From positions 22,056 through 86,055 of the forward strand of contig JABLXV010000001.1 in NCBI GenBank assembly GCA_013177895.1: a stretch of 64,000 bases of DNA. The letters run 5' to 3'. Numbering within the stretch: position 1 is the stretch's first letter; each line of letters opens with the position of its first letter. Shown here piece after piece: positions 27,457-36,453 of this stretch. Both the position numbers and the translations under genes were made by a program. The notes under the pieces are model-generated. The model made no database searches. It was given only the letters and a program-made list of their open reading frames with translations, and was not told where the DNA came from. Source of the DNA: Brevinematales bacterium. Its GTDB lineage: Bacteria; Spirochaetota; Brevinematia; Brevinematales; GWF1-51-8.

Positions 27457-28626
27457 ATGGCACCTTATGAAGAAGTTACCCATACCGGTTGGGGCGGTAA
27501 CATTAAAAACAGTTTCACGGGCTTTCTTGTAGGTATCGTAATGTTTATTGCCGCGTTTCCGCTTCTTTGGTGGAACGAGGGCCGTGTTAATTTAGCGAAT
27601 ATCGCAAAAACCAGCGAGGTCGCCGAAGCCGGACAAGCCGGGAATATGAACGGTAAGTTTGTTTCGGTCACAGGGGAGATCAGCGCGGACAACCCGGTGT
27701 ACGACACCGTGTTTATGAAGTCCGGGAAGTATGTTGTCGTCAACCGCTCTGTCGAATACTATGCATGGGAAGAAGATGTTCATACCAAGACTAAGAAGAA
27801 CGTCGGCGGCTCAAGCGATACGGTCAAGACATACACCTACAAGCTCTCATGGCAGTCCAGTCCTAAATCCGTGGGTGATTTTAATTCCAGCGGGGTCAAT
27901 CAATGGGAGAACGAACGCAACGTAGTCATCAAGAACGTTGTGGAAAGCTATTCCAGCGACTCCTTCAAGGCCAATACCGCAAAAATCGGTAAATGGATTA
28001 TCGATCCCGATAACATCAATATCGACGTCCCCGGCGAGAGTATTTCACTCAGCGATAAAAACGCCAAACTCTCCGGCAAAATGAAGATTACCGACGGGAA
28101 ATTTATTTATATTCCCTATCTCGCATCTTCTACCGGCGAAAATAATTTCAACGATATCCGTATCAGTTTCAACGGGCTCGAGAACGGCACTAAAATGACC
28201 GCGTTCGGCGAGGCCAACGGGAACTCCCTCGACTCGTACAAATATAGCGAGGACGAGAACGAACCCGCCTTCTCGCGCGTACTGCTGGGCGACCGTGCAA
28301 CCGCTATCTCTACCCTCAACGCCGAGCACCAGATGCTGACATGGATACTCCGCGGCGTCGGATTCCTTCTCATGTGGATAGGCCTGTCGTCCTTATTCGG
28401 ACCGCTCGTATCGGTACTCAACGTTCTCCCGTTCCTCGGGGACGTCGGCGGCGCTATCATCGGTATCATCACCTTTGTAGTCGCGGCGGTACTGAGCTTC
28501 CTGACTATCATTATCTCGGCAATCTTCCATAACATTATCGCCCTGATTATCGTCGCGGCGATTATTATCGCGCTGATCGTGATCGTGATGGCTACCAAGA
28601 AGAAAAAAGCCCCGGCCGTTCAGTAA
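27457..28626 (+). CDS. TMEM43/DUF1625 family membrane protein
   Basis: 389 aa with an AGGAGG RBS. The N-terminus reads THTGWGGNIKNSFTGFLVGIVMFIAAFPLLWWNEGR. A large middle domain is followed by a C-terminal cluster of TM helices. Confidence 0.65.
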   Translation: MAPYEEVTHTGWGGNIKNSFTGFLVGIVMFIAAFPLLWWNEGRVNLANIAKTSEVAEAGQAGNMNGKFVSVTGEISADNPVYDTVFMKSGKYVVVNRSVEYYAWEEDVHTKTKKNVGGSSDTVKTYTYKLSWQSSPKSVGDFNSSGVNQWENERNVVIKNVVESYSSDSFKANTAKIGKWIIDPDNINIDVPGESISLSDKNAKLSGKMKITDGKFIYIPYLASSTGENNFNDIRISFNGLENGTKMTAFGEANGNSLDSYKYSEDENEPAFSRVLLGDRATAISTLNAEHQMLTWILRGVGFLLMWIGLSSLFGPLVSVLNVLPFLGDVGGAIIGIITFVVAAVLSFLTIIISAIFHNIIALIIVAAIIIALIVIVMATKKKKAPAVQ

Positions 28627-28645
28627 AATTTCTATTCAAATCATA

Positions 28646-28690
28646 CCCCCGCTTGCTCCCTAAGGGAAAGGCGGGGGTTTTTATTTTTCT
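28646..28690 (+). terminator. Rho-independent terminator
   Basis: Stem CCCCCGC (28646-28652) pairs with GCGGGGG (28671-28677), followed by TTTTTATTTTT. Confidence 0.7.
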
Positions 28691-28796
28691 CTATTATTTC
28701 CCGTTTAGTTGTGGAAAAATCCCCCGTCCTGTATTATAATATACACGTATTCAGATACTATTGGGGGCGTTTCCTTAGGGTGTGACGGGAGGAAGC

Positions 28797-29633
28797 GTGG
28801 ATATAAAAAAACGTGAGAAATTCTGCTTTCCGAAGGGCAGACTGAAAGCGCTGGTTTTGAGCTATGACGATGGGAGCGAGCACGACCGCCGTCTGATCGA
28901 TATGATGAATGCGAACGGGATTCGCGGGACGTTCCACCTGAACTCCGGGAAGCTCGGCGGGGCGTACCATGTCCTTCCCGGCGAGATATCCACCCTCTAC
29001 AAGGGGCACGAAGTCTCCTCGCATACGGTCAATCACCTGCATCTCGAACAGCTTGACGATACCGAGCTCCGCCGTGAAATCCTGAACGACCGCAAGGCGC
29101 TGGAAGACCTGACCGGGTATCCCGTGCGCGGGATGTCTATCCCGTTCGGCACCTACGACCAGCGTGTGCTGGACCTCCTGCCGGAACTCGGCATCGAGTA
29201 TGCGCGCGGCGAGGAGTCCGGCGATTCCGGTAAATTCGACCTCCCCAAATCCTTCATCCTTTGGCCGTCAACCGCACACCATACCAACGCGCTCCAGCCC
29301 GCCGAACGTTTTCTCAGCCTGATCCCCCTGAAAATGATGCTGTTCATGGTGTGGGGGCATAGTTACGAGCTTGACGGATTCCTGTCAACCGACACCAGCA
29401 AGGGATGGAAATATATGGAGTACCTTTGCGAACGCCTCGGCGGTCAGAAGGAAATCTGGTATTCCACGATGGTCGACGTGATGGACTATCTCAAGGCGAT
29501 CGATCAGGTGAAGTTCTCCGCCGATGAGACTATCGCCTATAATCCCTCCGCCCTCTCCGTCTGGCTGAAGAACGACGACTCGCCGATAGAAGTAAAAGGC
29601 GGCGAACTGAAAAAACTCTCCCTGCCTGAATAA
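28797..29633 (+). CDS. Polysaccharide deacetylase (NodB-type) family protein
   Basis: The motif VLSYDDGSEHD and the His motif GHEVSSHTVNH are present. I prefer the GTG at 28797 (GGGAGG 5 nt upstream) over the GTG at 28782. Confidence 0.75.
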   Translation: MDIKKREKFCFPKGRLKALVLSYDDGSEHDRRLIDMMNANGIRGTFHLNSGKLGGAYHVLPGEISTLYKGHEVSSHTVNHLHLEQLDDTELRREILNDRKALEDLTGYPVRGMSIPFGTYDQRVLDLLPELGIEYARGEESGDSGKFDLPKSFILWPSTAHHTNALQPAERFLSLIPLKMMLFMVWGHSYELDGFLSTDTSKGWKYMEYLCERLGGQKEIWYSTMVDVMDYLKAIDQVKFSADETIAYNPSALSVWLKNDDSPIEVKGGELKKLSLPE

Positions 29634-29634
29634 A

Positions 29635-29795
29635 ATGATAATCGACTCTCACTGTCATTTCGGCAACACCCCGCGTTTTCATTGTCCGCTTACCCTGCTT
29701 GTCGATTCGACGCTATCCGGCGGGAATTATCCCCCTCGTACGCGGACGACGTCTTATGGCGGAACTCCGCGCGGCTGTTCCGTCTATCGCTCTAA
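29635..29795 (+). pseudogene. Remnant of an amidohydrolase-family gene (N- and C-terminal ends only, frame-shifted)
   Basis: Frame 1 starts MIIDSHCHFGN, a metal-binding HxH N-terminus. About 110 nt later a different frame reads ..SYADDVLWRNSARLFRLSL* (stop at 29793-29795), a typical amidohydrolase C-terminus. The roughly 250 codons expected in between are absent. Confidence 0.5.
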
Positions 29796-29826
29796 ATTTT
29801 ACCGTCACCCGAAATCCTTGTTCCCC

Positions 29827-29849
29827 GTCACCCTGAGCCCGTCGAAGGG
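29827..29849 (+). repeat. A-family unit GTCACCCTGAGC-N3-GTCGAAGGG
   Basis: The unit reads gtcaccctgagcccgtcgaaggg. Confidence 0.85.
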
Positions 29850-29958
29850 TAGATACACGACTAAGCAACCGGTCAATCGGTAGAACGCTTCTACCACTCT
29901 ACACACATTTTTGACAAAGTCTCATTATTATAGTACGATTCTATTCCCGGAGGTTACT

Positions 29959-30648
29959 ATGCCGCGTTTAGCATTGCTCTTTCTCGTCCTGTTCCTTGCG
30001 CCTATCATCCTGTTCGCCGATAAGATCGAGCCCGGCCTTAACGGGAAACTCGGGGCGACCGCCGGTTCAGGATCGCTCGACCTCTCCGCCCTCAATTCCC
30101 GTTTCTCTGCATACGGCTACCCCGCCCTGCCCGAATGGTACTTTACCCTCGGCGGGATATACCAGCTCTCCGACGGGGGTATTATCGCGGAGTTCGAATA
30201 CCTCCGCTATATCAATAATTCCGCTACCGGTAACGGGTTTATCGCGACCGCCGGGGGATGGTGCTCATGGGTAAACGTCGGGTATGCATTGATCAATCTG
30301 CCGTTTTTACAGATTTACCCGATTGCGGGGATCGGCGGCGGCACATTGAGCGTCAAGGTGACCGAAGATTTTTCCGTTAACGGGTTCGACAATATTCTCT
30401 CTCAGACGAATAAAATCATCGAGCTGGAAAAAGCGACCTATACCGCGTTCATCGGCGGCGGGGTGGATTTTGTGATCGATATGGGCCCGGAGTCTCAGGT
30501 CGATCTCCTGCTTGGAGCGCGCGCGGGATATGTGTTCGACCTGTCCGGCTCGTCGGGATGGTCGTCACTGGGAGTCTCGCTACCCAGCGGGCCTTCGTCG
30601 GGATTCTCCGGCCCCCTCATCCGCGTCTTCATCGGCATCTACGAATAG
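29959..30648 (+). CDS. Putative outer-membrane beta-barrel protein
   Basis: I prefer the ATG at 29959 (GGAGG upstream). The signal peptide is MPRLALLFLVLFLAPIILFA. The sequence is Gly- and aromatic-rich with an alternating pattern. No specific family is recognised. Confidence 0.45.
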   Translation: MPRLALLFLVLFLAPIILFADKIEPGLNGKLGATAGSGSLDLSALNSRFSAYGYPALPEWYFTLGGIYQLSDGGIIAEFEYLRYINNSATGNGFIATAGGWCSWVNVGYALINLPFLQIYPIAGIGGGTLSVKVTEDFSVNGFDNILSQTNKIIELEKATYTAFIGGGVDFVIDMGPESQVDLLLGARAGYVFDLSGSSGWSSLGVSLPSGPSSGFSGPLIRVFIGIYE

Positions 30649-30897
30649 CGACCCGCACGATGCGGGAAGTCCCGCGATGACAGGATGTCATAGAGCGGGG
30701 CGACATTGCACGATGCGGGGAGTCCCGCGATGACAGGATGTCAAGGAGCGGGGCGACATTGCACGATGCGGGAAGTCCCGCGATGACAGGATGTCATGGA
30801 GCGGGGCGACATTGCACGATGCGGGGAGTCCCGCGATGACAGGATGCCAAGGAGCGGGGCGACATTGCACGATGCGGGGAGTCCCGCGATGACAGGA
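30647..30897 (+). repeat. 53-bp tandem repeat, about 4.6 copies, each unit with two short palindromes
   Basis: Units start at 30655, 30708, 30761, 30814 and 30867. The consensus is gcacgatgcgggRagtcccgcgatgacaggatgYcaWRgagcggggcgacatt. It contains GCGGGAAGTCCCGC (first copy 30662-30675) and ATGACAGGATGTCAT. A degenerate partial unit overlaps the stop codon at 30646-30648. Confidence 0.95.
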
Positions 30898-30911
30898 CGC
30901 CCACTGCGTGA

Positions 30912-30961
30912 CGGCTATCCCCGATATGAAGCGAACACCTCATATTAGAATATAGCCCGCG
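30912..30961 (+). repeat. C-family module GCTAWYCCCGAT-N26-ATARCCCGYG, copy 1
   Basis: The module runs from cggctatccccgatat to atagcccgcg. The spacing of 38 nt between box starts matches copies at 45161 and 56994. It is preceded by cactgcgtga, whose complement flanks copy 2. Confidence 0.7.
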
Positions 30962-31008
30962 ATAGCAGGGTATCCATTAATAGTGTAACCAGCGACATAG
31001 AAATATCA

Positions 31009-31032
31009 CCCTTCGACTGCGCTCAGGGTGAC
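31009..31032 (-). repeat. A-family unit (inverted orientation)
   Basis: The unit reads cccttcgactgcgctcagggtgac. A 7-bp stem (tcaccct/agggtga) is possible. Confidence 0.8.
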
Positions 31033-31106
31033 GGCGTTTCCCATTAGCAGGTTATCTTCTTCGATACCGTTTATCTATAATTCAATCAACATCAAATCGT
31101 TAGCCG

Positions 31107-33884
31107 TCATGCAATGACCTTCCGGCGGATAATCATATCCCACGCGAGCTTGAACACCGACGTGACAAGCGACAATCCGCCAATCAGCGCCCAGATACTC
31201 CAGTCGTAGATCGGCAGGGTCTTGAATACCAGGTTCAGCGGGGGAACGAACACAATCGCCGCGATCATCCCAGCGGTCACGAGGAAGAAGGATTTCAGGA
31301 GCTTGTTCGGCGCGGTAAGCCGTTTCAGGAAACGCCCGTCGCGCAGCATGAACACGTGCATCTGCGGCGATAAAAGGGTTATCGTGAACGCCGCCGTGCC
31401 CGCGAGAAGGAGACGCGCTTCGTCGAACTTCTTCGCCGCATCGGACGGGATAAACGCCGCGAACGACGTAATCGCCGCGATGTTTTCAGGGGTGATATAA
31501 TGATAGACCAGCACATACCCGAGGGTGATCGCCGCCCCGAAGATAAATCCCTCGATAATCATGCGTATCCGTTCCTTGCGGCTGATGATCGGCTCGGACA
31601 GCTTCGCGGGCTTCTTCCGCATAATCGTCTCGTCCGCGGAGTCGATCGATATCGCGACGCCGGGGAATGATTCCATCACGACGTTCGACCACAGGAGCTG
31701 TACCGGCAATAGCGCGCTCCCGCCGAATACGAATAACGGCGCGGCGAGGATCGCCACCACTTTCCCGAAATTGTTCGTAATCAGGTACCGCACGAGTTTT
31801 TTCAGGTTCTGGTAGATGACGCGCCCCTCGCGGATAGCCTTCACGATAGTGGAGAAGTTATCGTCGGTCAGGATGATGTCCGCCGCTTCCTGCGACACCT
31901 GAGTGCCCGCGCGCCCCATCGCGATACCCACGTCGGCCTTCTTCAGCGCCGGCGCATCGTTCACACCGTCTCCGGTCATCGCGACTATATGGTCTCTATC
32001 CTTCAGCGAATTGACTATTTTCAGCTTGTCGAGCGGCGCGACCCGCGAGTAAACCCGCAGGTACTCCACCTTAGCGGAGAGTTCCTCGCCGGACAACTGC
32101 TCGAACTCCCGCCCTTCGATCGCCTGTTCGATATCGTCGGCGATCCCCACGCTTTCCGCGATGGAGAACCCGGTCTTCTTGCTGTCGCCGGTAATCATCA
32201 CCACCCCGATATTCGCGCCCTTCGCCTCGGCGATCACCTGCTTGACCTCGTCCTTCGGCGGGTCGTAGATCATCGCGGCTCCGAGGAACACGCCGTCTCT
32301 TAACGCCGACGCGTCGAGCTTTTTGACCGCCGCGCCCTGCTTCTTCATCGCGAAGCCGATGAGGCGGAATCCCTTTTCGGAACGGGTCGACAGGTCGTGT
32401 AGGATACGCCCGCGCAACCCGTCGTCGAGCGGGACGACAGCATCCTTAATCAGCACGCTCCCGCAGAGTTCGAGCGTCTTGTCAGGCGCGCCCTTGATAT
32501 ATATCCCTTTATCCCCGTGCGCGTCCTGCAGCAGGATCGCGGAGTACATCAGTTCCGACGAGAACGGGATACGGTCGATTTCCTTATAGGTATCGAACTG
32601 CGCGGGCTTGAACCCGGACAGGATACCCGCTTTAATCAGGGATGTTTCTGTCGGGTCGCCCATTTCGTTGACGATACTCCCATCGCGCTCCTCCACCTTC
32701 GCGGTCGAGCATTTCACCGAGGTCAGGAAAATGTCGTGGATAGCCGTGAGTTCGCCGTCGGTAATCTTGCGGAGGATATCCGCCATATGGTAAAACTCGT
32801 TATCGATATAGTATTCCCGCACCGTCATTTTGTGCTGGGTGATCGTGCCGGTCTTATCGGTGCAGATATAATCGATATTGCCGAGAGTCTCGACCGATGA
32901 GAGTTTCTTCACGATGACCGAGTTGCGGGCGAGGCGCTCTACGGCGAGCGACAGCGCGATGGTGATCGACGCGGGGAGTCCCTCCGGGAAAACCGCCACC
33001 ATGATACTGATAGCGGACAGGAGGGGGAGTTCGATCAGCTTGATAAATTTCCCGATATCGGACGGCATCCCGCCCATAAAACGGGGGATACCGGTCACAA
33101 TCAGCACGACGACCGCCGAGAAGAACGCGAGCACCACCAGGTACTTGATCTCCTTATCGAGCTTGACCTGTAACGGGGTACGTTCGTCATCCGCTTCCTG
33201 TATATTCTTCGCGATCTTGCCCATCTCGGTAAACCCGCCGGTCTTGACCACTATGGCGCGCCCTTGCCCGTTCAGCACCTTGCTCGCGCTGAACAGCATA
33301 TTTTTCATCTCGTACAGCCTCGGGTTATCACCGGATATGGGCTTCACATCCTTATGCACCGGTTCGCTTTCCCCGGTGAGGTGCGCCTCGTCCACCAGCA
33401 CGCCCGATCCCTCGATCAGCCGTGCGTCGGCGGGAATAATGTCCCCCGACTCAAACTCGATGATGTCGCCGGGCACGATATATTTCGACGCGATCGTCTC
33501 GATATTGCCCTCGCGGACTACCCGGAACTGCGGGGAAAGTATTTTCCGCAGGGCGTCGACCGCTTTTTCGGCCTTACTGTCCTGCACGAGGCTGATAATC
33601 GTATTGATCAGGACGACGCCGAGGATGGCGCATCCCTCGATATAATCTCCGATCAGGAATGAAAATACAGTCGCCACGAACAGGATAAGCACCATCGGCT
33701 CTTTCACCGACTCCCATATCTTCTCGAGCAGGCTTTCCTTACGGACTTCGCCGAACTCGTTGGGACCGTACTTCTCAAAAAGTTGTCCGGCCTGCTCCAT
33801 CGTAAGCCCGTTCACCGAACTGCGAAGTTTTTTAATCGATTCCTGCGCGGATATGGAAGTAAATTCCTTTAATTCAGGCTGCAT
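31107..33884 (-). CDS. Cation-transporting P-type ATPase, P2 (Ca2+/SERCA-PMCA-like) subfamily
   Basis: 925 aa. Motifs present are ICTDKTGTITQH, TGES, PEGLPASITIALS, MITGDSKKT and MTGDGVNDAPALKKADVGIAMG. Confidence 0.92.
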   Translation of the reverse strand: MQPELKEFTSISAQESIKKLRSSVNGLTMEQAGQLFEKYGPNEFGEVRKESLLEKIWESVKEPMVLILFVATVFSFLIGDYIEGCAILGVVLINTIISLVQDSKAEKAVDALRKILSPQFRVVREGNIETIASKYIVPGDIIEFESGDIIPADARLIEGSGVLVDEAHLTGESEPVHKDVKPISGDNPRLYEMKNMLFSASKVLNGQGRAIVVKTGGFTEMGKIAKNIQEADDERTPLQVKLDKEIKYLVVLAFFSAVVVLIVTGIPRFMGGMPSDIGKFIKLIELPLLSAISIMVAVFPEGLPASITIALSLAVERLARNSVIVKKLSSVETLGNIDYICTDKTGTITQHKMTVREYYIDNEFYHMADILRKITDGELTAIHDIFLTSVKCSTAKVEERDGSIVNEMGDPTETSLIKAGILSGFKPAQFDTYKEIDRIPFSSELMYSAILLQDAHGDKGIYIKGAPDKTLELCGSVLIKDAVVPLDDGLRGRILHDLSTRSEKGFRLIGFAMKKQGAAVKKLDASALRDGVFLGAAMIYDPPKDEVKQVIAEAKGANIGVVMITGDSKKTGFSIAESVGIADDIEQAIEGREFEQLSGEELSAKVEYLRVYSRVAPLDKLKIVNSLKDRDHIVAMTGDGVNDAPALKKADVGIAMGRAGTQVSQEAADIILTDDNFSTIVKAIREGRVIYQNLKKLVRYLITNNFGKVVAILAAPLFVFGGSALLPVQLLWSNVVMESFPGVAISIDSADETIMRKKPAKLSEPIISRKERIRMIIEGFIFGAAITLGYVLVYHYITPENIAAITSFAAFIPSDAAKKFDEARLLLAGTAAFTITLLSPQMHVFMLRDGRFLKRLTAPNKLLKSFFLVTAGMIAAIVFVPPLNLVFKTLPIYDWSIWALIGGLSLVTSVFKLAWDMIIRRKVIA

Positions 33885-34150
33885 ATTTTTCCCCTCGTGT
33901 TACCGGTATAAGAGTGTGCCGACGATACTACGCGAATATTATAGGATATTCGGGGCAAACCTGTCAAATATGTACTGCATACCTTCAACTTATCCGCCAC
34001 CTCGCGATAAATGGAAAGGATTTTTTATTCTTATACACCATAGACTATTCAGGGAAACGCCAGATACACGATTGTGAAATGTACGCCTCTTTTAGGCGTA
34101 GTATTTTGCGTATTTTGGTAAATCGGGTATATAATAATAAGGGAGAGAAG

Positions 34151-35194
34151 ATGAGGCGCTGGATATTTTTACCCGCGATTTTATTTTTTTTAATTATCGG
34201 ATGTACGGGTAAAGAAAAAACGCCGGAATCACGGACGGTCACGCTCTGCTTCGCGGGGGATGTGACATTCGACTATGCCGTGAAAAAAACTCTCGCCGCG
34301 AAGATCGACCCGTTTTGCGAAGTAAAATCGTTTATCCCTCATGCGGATCTGGCAATATTCAATCTTGAAACGGCGATAACGACCAACACTATTAAGATGG
34401 TGAAATCGTTCAATTTTAAAAGTCCGCCCGAGGCGCTGGCGCTGGTCACTAACGCCGGGTTCGATATCGCGACTATCGCGAATAACCATTCGATGGACTA
34501 CGGATGGACGGGGCTGAACGAGACCATCCGGGCGTTGAAGGATTATAAACTGGAATACGGCGGCGCGGGGAGCAATCTCGCGGCGGCGTCCGTACCTCTA
34601 TATAAGGAAGTGAACGGGATAAAAATCGCGTTCCTGTTCTACGGCTATGTCAACCCGCCGTCTCTGTACGCCGGGACGAAAAAGCCGGGGATTGCCCCTC
34701 TCGACAGCGAAGCGATGGTCAAAGCGATCGCCGCCGCGCGGACGAACGCCGACTTTGTGACCGTCAACGTACATTGGGGCGACCAGTACGAGGATTACCC
34801 GAACAATTTCCAGACGACCCTCGGGCATACGCTGATCGACGCGGGCGCGGATCTGGTGATCGGGCATCATCCCCATGTCCTCGAGGGTATCGAGTACTAC
34901 GGGAACGGCGCGATATTCTACAGTATCGGGAACTTCGTCTTTCCGCAATGGGCGGACGTCAGGATGATGTACTCCGCGCTGGTGTGGGTCGTGCTGGAAA
35001 AGAAGGACGGGAAGGTTTACCCGAAGTATGAGGTGATTCCGCTATTACGCGGCTATGAATACTATTATCCCAAATTGACGTCCCCTGCCGAAGAAAAAAC
35101 GATTATGGCGCATTGGACGAAAATCTCAAAGGGGCAGGCGGTGTTCAGGAAGGGCGGGACTATGGGAGCAATGTTTTACAGTGTTATAAAATAG
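34151..35194 (+). CDS. CapA/PGA_cap family metallophosphatase-like lipoprotein
   Basis: The ATG at 34151 has GGGAGAG upstream. The lipobox is FFLIIGC. Family-typical segments are LCFAGDVTFDY, IATIANNHSMDYG, VNVHWGDQY and LVIGHHPHVLEGIEYY. Confidence 0.8.
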   Translation: MRRWIFLPAILFFLIIGCTGKEKTPESRTVTLCFAGDVTFDYAVKKTLAAKIDPFCEVKSFIPHADLAIFNLETAITTNTIKMVKSFNFKSPPEALALVTNAGFDIATIANNHSMDYGWTGLNETIRALKDYKLEYGGAGSNLAAASVPLYKEVNGIKIAFLFYGYVNPPSLYAGTKKPGIAPLDSEAMVKAIAAARTNADFVTVNVHWGDQYEDYPNNFQTTLGHTLIDAGADLVIGHHPHVLEGIEYYGNGAIFYSIGNFVFPQWADVRMMYSALVWVVLEKKDGKVYPKYEVIPLLRGYEYYYPKLTSPAEEKTIMAHWTKISKGQAVFRKGGTMGAMFYSVIK

Positions 35195-35197
35195 ACA

Positions 35198-36022
35198 ATG
35201 GAGCGGGCTATGACGGAAACGTTGATAGTGCTGAGTGTCGCGATCGCACCGGGGCTTTTCTGGCTATGGTTTTTTTATAGCCGGGATAAGCTCGAAAAGG
35301 AGCCGCTTGGGCAGGTGGTCGCGGTATACCTGTTCGGCATGCTCGCGATTATACCCGCTCTGATAATAGAACTTTCATTTACGACCAGCACAATGATAGA
35401 TACCGTCATCATTGCGCCGTTAGCCGAGGAACCGTCCAAGCTACTCTGCCTCCTGATTCTGCTGAAGCGCAAGAACGGGAAACTCCGCCGGAATTTTAAC
35501 GAGCCGATGGACGGGATAGTCTACGGCGCGGCCGCCGCGTTGGGTTTCGCAACTGTCGAGAACGTGTTCTATATTGTCAACGCCGCGGCTAATGATGGAA
35601 TGGGCGCGATATCGATACTCCGCGCGATATTCTCGGTTCCCGGGCATGCCCTCTGGGGCGCGTTCTGGGGGTTTGCGGTATCGAAGGCGTGGTTTACCGT
35701 CGGGTCGCAGGGTAAAAAGTTCGCGATCATCCTCGGCGGGTTGATCGTCGCGATGCTGTTTCACGGGTTGTTCAATTTCGGCGCGGGAATGTCGGATCTC
35801 GCGGGTATCGGAATTATTCTGGTGCTGAGCGTGTTTTTCTGGATACTGATTATGCGCCGGATCAAACGCGCCGAGGCCGCCTCGCCGTTTTCCCGTTCAG
35901 CCGCAGTACCGCCCGACAGCGCGTCGGCACAGGTTCCGCCGGGCGCGCAATGGCCTGACAAGGCAGGCGGTCAGCCGGATAAAATAGCGAACGATGATAA
36001 AAACAGCGGGATGGGAATATAA
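35198..36022 (+). CDS. PrsW-family intramembrane protease
   Basis: 274 aa and multi-TM. Motifs are APLAEEPSKLL, AAALGFATVENVFY and VPGHALWGAFWGF. The start could instead be the ATG at 35210. Confidence 0.75.
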   Translation: MERAMTETLIVLSVAIAPGLFWLWFFYSRDKLEKEPLGQVVAVYLFGMLAIIPALIIELSFTTSTMIDTVIIAPLAEEPSKLLCLLILLKRKNGKLRRNFNEPMDGIVYGAAAALGFATVENVFYIVNAAANDGMGAISILRAIFSVPGHALWGAFWGFAVSKAWFTVGSQGKKFAIILGGLIVAMLFHGLFNFGAGMSDLAGIGIILVLSVFFWILIMRRIKRAEAASPFSRSAAVPPDSASAQVPPGAQWPDKAGGQPDKIANDDKNSGMGI

Positions 36023-36045
36023 AAATGGGACAGGGGTAACAGCCG

Positions 36046-36321
36046 ATGAAGCAAGGAATCGAAGATTTAATTAAAGGTACGGTAGTTAATATTGTGGATG
36101 AAAATATGTTCGATATGAAGGTCACGCATGTCGGGCATACGGTGAATGGAAATTACAAACCCAGCGAACGGGTGCATATCAGCGCGCTCGTAGGGGAAAG
36201 CCTTCTCGCGAAGCGGACTATCTCCGATTTGGAGAAATTGCTCAAGGGCAAGGAAGTCCGCTGTCATGTCCTCACCCGCGACCTGTTCGGCCGGCTAGTC
36301 GCCAAGGTTCAGGTGCTGTAG
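36046..36321 (+). CDS. Small SNase/thermonuclease-like OB-fold protein (catalytic residues not evident)
   Basis: 91 aa. The pattern GTVVNIVDENMFDMKV...LLKGKEVRCHVLTRDLFGRLVAKV resembles the G.V..V.DGDT......L.gk.V.....D.yGR.va.v layout. The SD is weak. Confidence 0.35.
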   Translation: MKQGIEDLIKGTVVNIVDENMFDMKVTHVGHTVNGNYKPSERVHISALVGESLLAKRTISDLEKLLKGKEVRCHVLTRDLFGRLVAKVQVL

Positions 36322-36404
36322 GGACTTTCGCCCCTCGTCAAGTAATTGATACCTTTAACGAATATTACGCTTAATATCGCATAATCGAACGGAAATTTTA
36401 ACGG

Positions 36405-36436
36405 AAAACACCCCCGCGAATACGGGGGTGTTTTTT
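36405..36436. terminator. Bidirectional Rho-independent terminator between convergent genes
   Basis: A 9-bp stem, ACACCCCCG (36408-36416) pairing with CGGGGGTGT (36423-36431), is flanked by A4 on the left and T6 on the right. Confidence 0.8.
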
Positions 36437-36453
36437 ATATCGGAAGCTCTGTT

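Noticed and set aside
29635-29883. 82-aa ORF as an intact gene
   Set aside because: Only the first ~11 residues look like a real protein N-terminus. The remainder is out-of-frame remnant plus a repeat unit. I reinterpret it as a pseudogene remnant.
30647-30897. Possible CRISPR array
   Set aside because: The 53-bp units are contiguous near-identical copies with no unique spacers between them. No cas genes are nearby. This is a plain tandem repeat.
33914-34150. N-terminal extension of the CapA ORF from the alternative start at 33914
   Set aside because: The extension has no protein-like features. The ATG at 34151 has a GGGAGAG RBS and is followed directly by a lipoprotein signal peptide.
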